Below are positions 8,028 through 16,806 of a stretch of DNA of 26,746 bases, one piece after another. Source of the DNA: a virus (taxonomy: Duplodnaviria > Caudoviricetes); IMG/VR virus record IMGVR_UViG_3300030098_003834, positions 1 through 26,746 of that record, one strand, 5' to 3'. How positions within the stretch are numbered: position 1 is the stretch's first letter; each line of letters starts with the position of its first letter. The notes beneath the pieces are model-generated. The model was not told where the DNA came from. It worked only from the letters and a program-made list of their open reading frames with translations, and ran no database searches. The position numbers and the translations under genes are program-made.

Positions 8028-9668
8028 ATGGTTGAAGAAAAAAGAAGATTTAGTATCACTAACTTGTTTAGGAGACAAACTCCTAAACCTGCCGATAGAA
8101 AAGTCTACAATATGGGTATTCAGGAAAGAGAAACCAATCACATGATGACTGGCCCAATTATCTATAATATTGTTAATCAATCAGTTATTGCGAGAACTTG
8201 TATTACTCAGTTAAAACAAGAAGTATTCAGAAGAGGTTATGTTTGGGAAAAGGCATATGAAGCAAGATGTAATAATTGTGGTAAAGAACATAAAAGACCA
8301 GTCCAAGAATGTTCAAGGTGTGAATCTTCTGATTTAAAAATTCCTGATGTTAAACAATTAGAATACGCTGAGAAATTCATTGAAGGTTATGTAAATAAAT
8401 CTGAACAATTATTTATTGATGTATTGCAGGAACTTGAAGATGATTTAAACATTATGGATGATGCTTACATCGTTCTTGTTAAAGAGTATTTTATTGATGG
8501 CAATGGTAAAATTAGAATGCACCGCATTAAAGAAGTTTATCGGGGCGACCCAGTTACTATGTTTATTTATAGTGATGAAAATGGACAAAGAGGAACGAAA
8601 GGATTTACCTGTGTAAATCATCGTGGTGTTATTCATAAAGACCCGCATGAAAAATGTGAAGTTTGCGGTAGTAGTCTATTTCCTGTTCATTATGTTAATA
8701 GAGTAAAAGGAGATGACCAACACTTTTTGAAAGGAGAAGTGTTGCACTTTAGTAAATATAGTCCTTCTCGTCTTTATGGTATGTCTCCAGTTATTACTTT
8801 GTTTAATAATATTATGACTCTTATTGCTATGGAGAACTATGTTAATCAATCATATACTAAGAGTAGAATGCCGAGAGGGTTACTTGCAGTTCAAACCAGA
8901 AATATGGATTCAATGCGTTCCTTTTGGCGTTCAGTAAAAGAAAAAATGGAGGCAGACCCGCACTTTATTCCTGTTATGGGAATTGAAGCCGAAGGAGGAA
9001 AAGGTGCGGTTGAATGGATTAAATTCATGGACAGTCTCAAAGAGATGGATTATGTGTCTGTTAAGGATGATTTGAGAGATAGAATCTCAGCATTTTATGG
9101 TGTAAGCAAGGTATTCATGGCTGATAATACCACAAGCGGTGGATTAAACAATGAAGGTATGCAAATTCTTGTTACAAATAGAGCCGTTCAAAAGGCACAG
9201 ACTGTCTATAATAATTATGTTTTCCCATTCCTTGTAAAACAATTTGGTATTACAGATTGGAATTTAAAACTACCACCAAGCGAAGAGGAGGATGAAATCG
9301 CAGTTCTTCGTAAGCGTGAGATTGAAGTCAATATCGCTGCATCAACAAAAAATTTAGGATTTGAAGTTGATATGGATGAAGATGGTCAATTTACGTTTAA
9401 AAAACCTGAACCCGAAGAAAAACCTGAAGGACAGGGAGAAGAAGAAAAAACGGAAACTGACCCCTATGCAGGAACAAACATTGATGCTTCGCAAATGGGT
9501 CAAATGCAGGAACAGGCTTTACAGGGTGGAAGTAAGCCACAGGAGAACCCTGCGACCACAAGAAATAAACCCTCCATGAGCGTAGCCCCCGATAAGAGGA
9601 TGTCGGGATTGCCATTAGATGCTGGAAATCAAAATAACGACAGAAGAACAGAAAGGAGAGTTGGTTAA
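8028..9668 (+). CDS. Portal protein with two Zn-ribbon insertions
   Basis: Position between terminase and protease/MCP. Portal-like segments LEDDLNIMDDAYIVLVK, EVLHFSKYSPSRLYGMSPV, MPRGLL and RDRISAFYGVSK; acidic low-complexity C-terminal tail. Confidence 0.85.
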   Translation: MVEEKRRFSITNLFRRQTPKPADRKVYNMGIQERETNHMMTGPIIYNIVNQSVIARTCITQLKQEVFRRGYVWEKAYEARCNNCGKEHKRPVQECSRCESSDLKIPDVKQLEYAEKFIEGYVNKSEQLFIDVLQELEDDLNIMDDAYIVLVKEYFIDGNGKIRMHRIKEVYRGDPVTMFIYSDENGQRGTKGFTCVNHRGVIHKDPHEKCEVCGSSLFPVHYVNRVKGDDQHFLKGEVLHFSKYSPSRLYGMSPVITLFNNIMTLIAMENYVNQSYTKSRMPRGLLAVQTRNMDSMRSFWRSVKEKMEADPHFIPVMGIEAEGGKGAVEWIKFMDSLKEMDYVSVKDDLRDRISAFYGVSKVFMADNTTSGGLNNEGMQILVTNRAVQKAQTVYNNYVFPFLVKQFGITDWNLKLPPSEEEDEIAVLRKREIEVNIAASTKNLGFEVDMDEDGQFTFKKPEPEEKPEGQGEEEKTETDPYAGTNIDASQMGQMQEQALQGGSKPQENPATTRNKPSMSVAPDKRMSGLPLDAGNQNNDRRTERRVG

Positions 9669-9669
9669 G

Positions 9670-9954
9670 ATGAATTGGAGAGAATTAATTAGTAAAAGAA
9701 AACAAATTAGAGATAAATCTCGACAAAAGCCACAAACAAGAATGTCTGGTGGAAAGCCCAGCATAACTCCCGTAGGAAGAACAGATGACCCTTCATTTGA
9801 TTCTATGTTTGGAGAAAGATTGGATAATTTGGCTGAAATGACAAGAGAAGATTTAGTAGATGCTATTACAGAAAAAATTTATAGAATGTCAAAAGAAGAA
9901 CTTATTGAAATTTTAGAAAGAACACAAGGAAATTTAATGGAGGCGAAAATATGA
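9670..9954 (+). CDS. Hypothetical protein with variant tag (MNWRELISK)
   Basis: ATG at 9670 directly after the portal stop is more plausible than the track start 9619, which lies inside the portal gene. Confidence 0.6.
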   Translation: MNWRELISKRKQIRDKSRQKPQTRMSGGKPSITPVGRTDDPSFDSMFGERLDNLAEMTREDLVDAITEKIYRMSKEELIEILERTQGNLMEAKI

Positions 9955-10175
9955 GTGAAGATTTAAACCAAAAGCAAAGAAGATTAACAAAAGAACTAGC
10001 CCAAGTAAAGGCTTTAACTGCACAACAGAACAATAAAGTAAAGAAGAACCGTGATATGTCTGTCGGATTACCACCAGATACTTCTCATAAGGCTATGCCT
10101 TCTTCGGCAGATAATCCTGATGTTATTCTATTACCCTCTAAGAAAAGAGGAAAGAAAGAAAATATTCCCTTTTGA
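9951..10175 (+). CDS. Hypothetical protein
   Basis: ATGA overlap with the upstream stop; GGAGG RBS. Confidence 0.65.
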   Translation: MSEDLNQKQRRLTKELAQVKALTAQQNNKVKKNRDMSVGLPPDTSHKAMPSSADNPDVILLPSKKRGKKENIPF

Positions 10176-10184
10176 GGTGATTAA

Positions 10185-11813
10185 ATGTTTTATGAATTAG
10201 CCAAAGATAAGTCGTTGATAAGTGTTTTAAGAAAGGCTAATTTAGATGAAGAGACCTCTTTATTAGTTAATGAGGGGGCTAATGTTTCTTTAATTAAGGA
10301 TTCATTAGTAAATAATCTTACTTCTCAAAACATGATTGAATATCGTAGATACATTAAGATTGCTAAGAATGAAGAAGAGGAAGAAGAAAGAAGGGCTGAA
10401 GAACAAAGGGCTGATGAACAATCAAGTCTTGAAGAAGGCGAATCTGATTTAACAACTGAAGAAGAAATCTATTCTGATGAAGCAGGAAGACAAGCGAGAT
10501 TAGAAGAGGAAGCCTATGGTTCAAGAATTGATAGGCAATCTGAAGAAAAAGATGCTTATAAAGAATTATCTTTATTAGATTATCAAAAAGATATTCTTTT
10601 AGATATCGCTGAAAAAGCAAATGTTCAAGTTATTGAAAAGAGAATAAGAAATAAAACGAGAAAAGTCACCGTAGTTAGAGGGGCTATGAAAGAGTATCTT
10701 AAATTGGGTTCTTCTGCTGCTACTGGTAAATTACTTTCTACTTTAACACTAATTAAGAAAGACCCTGATTACTTAAATAATAAGTATGGAAAACTTTTAG
10801 TTGATGGGATTTTGACTGGTAAAAAATATAATATAAGTAGAACCCAAAGAGAAGAAGAAAGAACAGGAAAAGATATTGATGTTAATAGAATAGATAGAAT
10901 GCTTAAAAGTATTTTAGATTTAACATATGAAGTTGAAGGAAAAGAACCAATTGATTTCTTAAAGGTCTTTGAAATATTATATACTCAAAAAGACCCATAT
11001 GGAAGAAAACCAAGAGCACTTGTTGATAGGCCAAGAGTCAAAAGAGAAAGACTACTCATGATGGAAAGAGCCAAAAAGAAAAATGTTGATTTAGGCGTGA
11101 ATACTCAGTATGAAAGAGCGTTAAGAAAGGTTGAGGCTGTTCAAACTAATAATAGACAGATTATGACAACTAGAGTATTTCTTGAAAACAAAATCAAACA
11201 ATTAGAAGAAATCCTTAAAGATAAAGATAAAATTGTTTCTAGAAAAATTAGTAAATTAAATGCTTCGCTTAAAAGAGTCATATCTTCGGGAAGAGTTAAG
11301 GATATTCAGGCTTTAACTAATACTTTTAATGATATTAACCAAAATAGAGAAAAATATGTAAGTGAAGCCACTCAAGAATTAGAAAGAGAGATTGCTCAAG
11401 AAAGAAGAAAACTTGAGCGATTAAAGACAGACCTCGATGCTTTTGACCAAGATGAAAATGTTAAAGAACTCGGAAAGTTTTTGGGAATGTTTAGAGAATT
11501 AGAGCCTTCTACTCCTGTTAAGAAAAAATTGACAAAAGGCATTAATTTGTTGTCTTATCTAAGGAGATATTCTAATCAAATGGCTAAAATTACCCGTGAA
11601 TCAGAAGGGGAAATCACTCAAGGTTTTACTGAATTTATGATGGAAAATCCTGATGTTAGGGTAGTGGACGGTGTTTTTGAAGGATTCCCCACTCTTAATG
11701 CTGCTAAAATGACTGAATTTGAAGAAGCATCTGAAAAGTATCAAGAAAGGTCAAATGCATTAGGAGGCATTATTGAAGAATTAAAGAGTCTTGCTAGCGG
11801 AGAGGAAGAATAA
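10185..11813 (+). CDS. Large coiled-coil, E/K/R-rich hypothetical protein
   Basis: 542-aa ORF with GAGGTGA RBS, an acidic tract near the N-terminus and long heptad-like helices. Confidence 0.7.
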   Translation: MFYELAKDKSLISVLRKANLDEETSLLVNEGANVSLIKDSLVNNLTSQNMIEYRRYIKIAKNEEEEEERRAEEQRADEQSSLEEGESDLTTEEEIYSDEAGRQARLEEEAYGSRIDRQSEEKDAYKELSLLDYQKDILLDIAEKANVQVIEKRIRNKTRKVTVVRGAMKEYLKLGSSAATGKLLSTLTLIKKDPDYLNNKYGKLLVDGILTGKKYNISRTQREEERTGKDIDVNRIDRMLKSILDLTYEVEGKEPIDFLKVFEILYTQKDPYGRKPRALVDRPRVKRERLLMMERAKKKNVDLGVNTQYERALRKVEAVQTNNRQIMTTRVFLENKIKQLEEILKDKDKIVSRKISKLNASLKRVISSGRVKDIQALTNTFNDINQNREKYVSEATQELEREIAQERRKLERLKTDLDAFDQDENVKELGKFLGMFRELEPSTPVKKKLTKGINLLSYLRRYSNQMAKITRESEGEITQGFTEFMMENPDVRVVDGVFEGFPTLNAAKMTEFEEASEKYQERSNALGGIIEELKSLASGEEE

Positions 11814-12178
11814 TGACATGGGATTACTATGGAGAGGGAGAAGATTTTATTCTCAAAGAAGAGAAAAAAAGACCTAAGAAACTTCTTGATTCGTTAGATG
11901 CTAAAGGAAGAAAGAAGTTAAAGAAAACACTTCAAGCGGCTGAACCAACAGAATTTTTTGGTCAAGACTTTACTAAACTGGGTGAATTAATTTCTACTCT
12001 TAAAGAATTAGAATTGGTTAAATCAGATAAGAAGTTAAACAAGAAAATGAAGTCAATGGATGAAAGGAACATTGATATAGTGGCCACTGCTACCAAACTT
12101 CGTAAAGAGTATGAACTTCTTTATAGGCAATTAAGAGATTTAGTCCATCCAAGAGGAAAGAAGGAGGAAAAGAGATGA
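11813..12178 (+). CDS. Hypothetical helical protein
   Basis: TAATG overlap with the upstream stop; GAGG RBS; contains FILK near the N-terminus. Confidence 0.7.
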   Translation: MTWDYYGEGEDFILKEEKKRPKKLLDSLDAKGRKKLKKTLQAAEPTEFFGQDFTKLGELISTLKELELVKSDKKLNKKMKSMDERNIDIVATATKLRKEYELLYRQLRDLVHPRGKKEEKR

Positions 12179-12420
12179 CAGAAGAAAGTATTAACAAAGA
12201 TGTATTAGAAATCATTAAGGCTTTAACTGCTAAGGTTGAAGCATTAGAAAAGACCATTTATGCAAAAGATAGTCTTCTAATGAAAGCAGGTTTGGTTATT
12301 TCTGAAAGTCCTACTCCTGCTATGGATAATACCGTTGGCGGTATTGATTCATTACCTACTACTGATGTTTCAAGTATGGATTGGTCTGAAATTCATAAGA
12401 TGGTTTCAAAGATGGAGTGA
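12175..12420 (+). CDS. Small coiled-coil protein sharing its C-terminal motif with the protease/scaffold (putative auxiliary scaffold)
   Basis: Ends LPTTDVSSMDWSEIHKMVSKME, compared with LPTMDELAEMDWADIHKMVGGNL at the end of 15551..16795. Confidence 0.7.
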   Translation: MTEESINKDVLEIIKALTAKVEALEKTIYAKDSLLMKAGLVISESPTPAMDNTVGGIDSLPTTDVSSMDWSEIHKMVSKME

Positions 12421-12425
12421 TTTAA

Positions 12426-12962
12426 ATGCCTGAGAGAGTTACAAGAGAAGAAAGAAAAATTAGTCTTATGATTGAAAAAGCGAGAGATGCAAAGGAAATA
12501 CTTTATCAATCGCTGATGGATAATAATAGAAATCCTATGGATGATGAATCAGAAGCGTTTAAATTAAAGCGACCAAAGGCTGAAAATTATAACTACAAGG
12601 CCGAATCAAACGATGGCCCCGATACTTTTCATGCTTATGCAGGAGAAATCACAAAGATGGTAAAGTTATTAAAGAACATTTTACCTGAAGATTATGAAAC
12701 AAATCCTTTCTTAGATGATGAGAAAAGAGTTAAGTTAATTAGTCAAATTGATGGTCTTTCCACCATGCTTTCTGGTATGGCTAAGCAGATTAAAGAGGCA
12801 AAGATTAGCGAACAACCTGCAATTATGGATAAGATGGTTGAAATTAATCAAAAGTTAGCGGCTCTTGAAAAAGAATTATCCGAAGTTCCCGAACAAACTA
12901 AGTTTTATGATTCAGAATATTCGGGAGAAACATTAGACCCTGAATACGAAAGAAATAGATGA
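12426..12962 (+). CDS. Hypothetical helical protein
   Basis: 178-aa ORF with GGAGTGA RBS overlapping the upstream stop. Confidence 0.7.
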   Translation: MPERVTREERKISLMIEKARDAKEILYQSLMDNNRNPMDDESEAFKLKRPKAENYNYKAESNDGPDTFHAYAGEITKMVKLLKNILPEDYETNPFLDDEKRVKLISQIDGLSTMLSGMAKQIKEAKISEQPAIMDKMVEINQKLAALEKELSEVPEQTKFYDSEYSGETLDPEYERNR

Positions 12963-15505
12963 TTCGTATGAAATTGGCTTCTATTGAGAAGGATAAGCAA
13001 CCTTCCCAAGAAATTCTTCGTCTATTTGAAAAGACAAGAGTAGCCTATTTATCTGCTATTCACGACCCAACAGAATATTCGGGTCGTTGGCGTAAAGCCG
13101 TAGATATGATTACTGAATCATATGAAGAATCAGATGCCGCAGGAAAAGAAATGCGAAACTTTATTGATGAGAAGGATTTAGAAGATAAGGACACAAAAGA
13201 CCCTACTTCAAGACAAGCGAAAGAACTGTATGAAAAAATAAAATTGCTTCGCTATTCGTCGCCTATTGTCGCTGACCCATTCGCATCTATGTTCAAGGAT
13301 AATGTCCTTGAAGAATTATTGGATAATCCAGAAAGCATGGTTAAATTTGTGCATTATGCTTTAAGGGATGACAATAAAGCCCTATCTGATGACATTTACA
13401 GCGTTAAAGGGATGCAACCCGACACGATTACGGAGGGTCTTAAGGGTCTTGACTTAGAATCGGATGATATTGCCCTCTATATTATTGAGCATTACGGGGA
13501 TGGAAAAGACTCAAAGAAGGTCGAATCCAAAGTAAAGGCTGCTATGGATATGTTAGAACTAATTTTCTTTTCTAAGAATGAAAAGAAGGATTGGGAAGAA
13601 TTGAAAGATATTGAGGGAGTAGAGAAGTCTGTTCCTAATGATGAGAAAAAATCTATCTCTCAATTTATTGTTCCTAATAAACCAATGTATAGAATTTTTG
13701 AAGTTAAGGACATTGAGGAATTAAAAGGCTTTAGTGGCAATTGGTATGTTCAAGAAAAGTATGATGGCATGAGAGTACAATTACATAAAATAGATAATAA
13801 GGTTACTATTTATTCTTATAACGGTAAAGACATTTCTAGTAAATGTAAAGAACAGGTTGATGAATTAAAAAAGAAAGAATACGGTGATTGTATTTTCGAT
13901 GGAGAATTAGTTCTCTTTGACGGAGATGAACCTCTCCATAGAGCAGATACTATCGCTCATGTATTCAAAGATAAATATAAAGAGGCTAAATTAAAGTGCC
14001 ATGTTTTTGATATTATTAGGCATGAAGCACAAACATTAGCAGATGAAGAATTAGAAAATAGAATGACAATTTTATTCAACAACTATTCTTCTAAATCAGG
14101 AGAAGCAATTGCTTATCCATCAAAGAAAGATACTCGCCAAGCAGATAACTTAAAGGATATTGAAAAATATGCTGAAGAAATGATGGAAATTCCTACATCT
14201 GAAGGAGTAGTTATCAAAGACTCTACTTCAACATATTATATTGGAACAAAGAAAAATCCTAAATGGATTAAGTTAAAGAAGTTTGTTGATTTAGATGTTA
14301 TTGTTTTAGATAAGAAAAAGACAAAAAGTAATCTTTATTCTTATACTGTTGGAGTTGGGCCAGTTGATGAAGAAATGACTGGTGCTGTTGAAATAAATAA
14401 GAGGCATTATTTGAATGTAGGCAAAGCATTGAATACAAAAATCGCAGTTGATATTGGGGAAATTATCCGAGTAAAGGTTGATGAAGTCAAAAAGAAAGGA
14501 GAAGGGTTTAGTTTATTCTCAGCGAAACCTATTGAGATACCTGAAGTAGAACACCCTGATAAATTAGTCACATTAGAATTACTTTCTCAAGACACCAAGA
14601 AGTCTTTAAATTATGATGTTGAGGCATTTACAAAAGGTGTTAAAATAACAGACCATATTCATGGAGAAGCCAATGTAATTATCAAATATGATTTAGATGG
14701 CTTTACTATTTATGGATATGAAAAAGATAATTTAATGTCTAAGAATGCCACAATGGACTTAGATATGTGGAAGCAACAAGCGATTGATATTATGAAGTCC
14801 AAGCAAAGTGATTTGACTGTGGCTTCCTTCCAATACTTAAAAATGAGTGGAGATAAAACTCCTAAAGAACTACATAACTTTTTGGTGAAAGAACATAAAG
14901 ATTTATACGAAGATGTTCTTGAATCTGATGTAAAGAAGTTAAAGAAGTGGATAATTCTTAGAGATGGCATTAGTGAAAAAGAAGGAAAAATTTCTGCTGA
15001 TGATGATAAAATTATGCAGGAAGAAGAAATCATGAAAGAAGATATTAAAGCGGTTGAAGGAGAATATAAAACACCTCCCGAATTAAGAGAAGGTGAATTT
15101 AAATTATACGCTAGAGAAGATGATAATTTAACTTTAGCAATTAAACTAAAGACAGAAAATATGTTCTGGACAATTGATATTGAGAATGAAGAAGAATTGT
15201 TTGATTTATTCGGGGCTGCTGGTAAATATCCAGCAGAAGTAGCAAAGACTGTAACTAAAGGAAAGGTCGTTGATTCTGGTAAAATAAAATTAGGTATTCA
15301 AAGAGATGGCTACCATGAATATTTCTTAGAAGGCAACAAGTTTGAAACTAAAATGCATTATAGAGTCTTAGATGTAGATGGACAAAAAATGTGGCTTGCA
15401 TGGACTGGATATAAACAAACTCCTGCTGATAAGGAAGGGGATGAAGGAAAGTGGAATATTTATGAAGATAGGTATAACAAATTACCCCTTCCTACTGAAG
15501 AATAG
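12959..15505 (+). CDS. lig: ATP-dependent DNA ligase-like protein with long N- and C-terminal extensions
   Basis: Nucleotidyltransferase motifs: I QEKYDGMRVQLHK (adenylated Lys at about 13757), III IFDGELV, IIIa CHVFDII, IV SEGVVIKD, V WIKLKK, followed by an OB-fold-like region. Start could be 12968. Confidence 0.88.
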   Translation: MIRMKLASIEKDKQPSQEILRLFEKTRVAYLSAIHDPTEYSGRWRKAVDMITESYEESDAAGKEMRNFIDEKDLEDKDTKDPTSRQAKELYEKIKLLRYSSPIVADPFASMFKDNVLEELLDNPESMVKFVHYALRDDNKALSDDIYSVKGMQPDTITEGLKGLDLESDDIALYIIEHYGDGKDSKKVESKVKAAMDMLELIFFSKNEKKDWEELKDIEGVEKSVPNDEKKSISQFIVPNKPMYRIFEVKDIEELKGFSGNWYVQEKYDGMRVQLHKIDNKVTIYSYNGKDISSKCKEQVDELKKKEYGDCIFDGELVLFDGDEPLHRADTIAHVFKDKYKEAKLKCHVFDIIRHEAQTLADEELENRMTILFNNYSSKSGEAIAYPSKKDTRQADNLKDIEKYAEEMMEIPTSEGVVIKDSTSTYYIGTKKNPKWIKLKKFVDLDVIVLDKKKTKSNLYSYTVGVGPVDEEMTGAVEINKRHYLNVGKALNTKIAVDIGEIIRVKVDEVKKKGEGFSLFSAKPIEIPEVEHPDKLVTLELLSQDTKKSLNYDVEAFTKGVKITDHIHGEANVIIKYDLDGFTIYGYEKDNLMSKNATMDLDMWKQQAIDIMKSKQSDLTVASFQYLKMSGDKTPKELHNFLVKEHKDLYEDVLESDVKKLKKWIILRDGISEKEGKISADDDKIMQEEEIMKEDIKAVEGEYKTPPELREGEFKLYAREDDNLTLAIKLKTENMFWTIDIENEEELFDLFGAAGKYPAEVAKTVTKGKVVDSGKIKLGIQRDGYHEYFLEGNKFETKMHYRVLDVDGQKMWLAWTGYKQTPADKEGDEGKWNIYEDRYNKLPLPTEE

Positions 15506-15512
15506 GTTGTTC

Positions 15513-15520
15513 TTTATATA
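15513..15520 (+). promoter_or_regulatory. Candidate archaeal TATA box for the protease-MCP operon
   Basis: TTTATATA in one of the few intergenic gaps, about 30 nt upstream of ATG 15551. Confidence 0.5.
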
Positions 15521-15550
15521 CTCGTTAATGGTTAGTTGGGGTTGAGAAGA

Positions 15551-16795
15551 ATGTCTTCTGCGGTGATGCGAAACAACACTTCGGATTTCAAAATTCTCAA
15601 GAGCCAAGACGATTTAATGATTGGAGGATATGCAAGCATTGAAATCGTTGATAAGCAAAATGATTTAATCACATTAAAAGCCCTTAAAGAAGCGGTTAAT
15701 AAATACATGGAGAACCCGAAGTTTAGAAATGTAATGACAAATCATTCAAATGTTCAAGTCGGAGAAGTAGTAGAATCATACCGAGATAAAACAGGGAGAT
15801 TGTTTAAAACAGAAGTAGATGATGTTGGATTCTTCGTAGTTATTAAATTAAGAGACGATATAGAAAAGGCCAAAGAAATTAATCGTGGCATTAGAAAAGG
15901 TTCATTAAGAAGTTTCAGTATTGGAGGACAGGCTTTAGAAAAGGTAAAGAAAACCAATAACGAATTTGGGCAATACAACGAAATTTCAAAGTTAGAATTA
16001 CATGAAGTCACTATTTGTGAAAAAGGAATTAATCCAGAAGCAAAGTTTGACATATTAAAGCAAGAAAAAACAAAAAAGGTGAAAAAAATGACCAAAATAG
16101 AAAAAGCATTAGCAGAACTTGACGCTCTTATGGAAGAAGTCAATATGCTAAGAAAAGAAGAAGAAGAAAGCATGGACATGACGGACGACAAAGATAAAAT
16201 GATGTCTGAAAAGTTGATGGATGAAAAAATGAAGGATGAAGAAAAGATGATGCCCGATAAAGACAAAATGATGTCTGAAAAGATGAAGGATGAGGAAATG
16301 ATGGATGACGAAGAGAGAAAAGCCTATGTTCCTACCCTTGATGGTGCGGGTGTTGAAATCGGTGAACCTGCCGATAGAATCGTTATTGAAGGAGGCCGAC
16401 CAAAGGCTACTGATTTACCAGTAGTTAAGGCATTTAACAACGATGAACTTGAAACCCTTGATTTGTCTGTTGGAAACATTGAGAAGGCTTATGAGGCTTT
16501 CCGACAAGAACAACTTGAAAAGTTGGCTTACGATAACCTTCAAAAGCAATTTGAGGCTCGCTTTAACGCTGAAACTTCTCAAAGAGAAGACGTTCTCGCA
16601 AAGTCGCAATATGATGCACAAAGCGAAATTGCTTCTCTTAAGAATGAATTTGCTTCCCTCCGAAAGTCTTTGACGACTGAGAAGGAAACAATTCTAAAGG
16701 CTCAAGAAGAAGCCACTATCAAACTCCCTACAATGGATGAATTAGCCGAAATGGATTGGGCTGACATTCATAAGATGGTTGGAGGAAACCTTTGA
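15551..16795 (+). CDS. HK97-type prohead (maturation) protease fused to C-terminal scaffold
   Basis: IGGYASIEIVDKQNDLI, catalytic His in MTNHSN, catalytic Ser in LRSFSIGG, and LHEVTICEKGINPEA. An acidic coiled-coil scaffold-like region follows, and the gene lies immediately upstream of the MCP. Track start is TTG 15536; ATG 15551 preferred. Confidence 0.9.
   Translation: MSSAVMRNNTSDFKILKSQDDLMIGGYASIEIVDKQNDLITLKALKEAVNKYMENPKFRNVMTNHSNVQVGEVVESYRDKTGRLFKTEVDDVGFFVVIKLRDDIEKAKEINRGIRKGSLRSFSIGGQALEKVKKTNNEFGQYNEISKLELHEVTICEKGINPEAKFDILKQEKTKKVKKMTKIEKALAELDALMEEVNMLRKEEEESMDMTDDKDKMMSEKLMDEKMKDEEKMMPDKDKMMSEKMKDEEMMDDEERKAYVPTLDGAGVEIGEPADRIVIEGGRPKATDLPVVKAFNNDELETLDLSVGNIEKAYEAFRQEQLEKLAYDNLQKQFEARFNAETSQREDVLAKSQYDAQSEIASLKNEFASLRKSLTTEKETILKAQEEATIKLPTMDELAEMDWADIHKMVGGNL
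16187..16310 (+). repeat. Imperfect intragenic tandem repeat encoding M/D/E/K-rich linker
   Basis: AAAATGATGTCTGAAAAG occurs twice. Protein DKDKMMSEK-LMDEK-MKDEEKMMP-DKDKMMSEK-MKDEEMMDD. Confidence 0.8.
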
Positions 16796-16805
16796 GGTGA
16801 TTTAA
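16789..16805 (+). promoter_or_regulatory. Stop-codon/Shine-Dalgarno junction CCTTTGAGGTGATTTAA (repeated at 18153-18169; variant at 18529-18545)
   Basis: The TGA stop is embedded in GAGGTGA, which is complementary to the 16S rRNA 3' end. A similar TGAGGT(GA) junction occurs at 3545, 10173, 19243 and 21882. Confidence 0.8.
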
Positions 16806-16806
16806 G

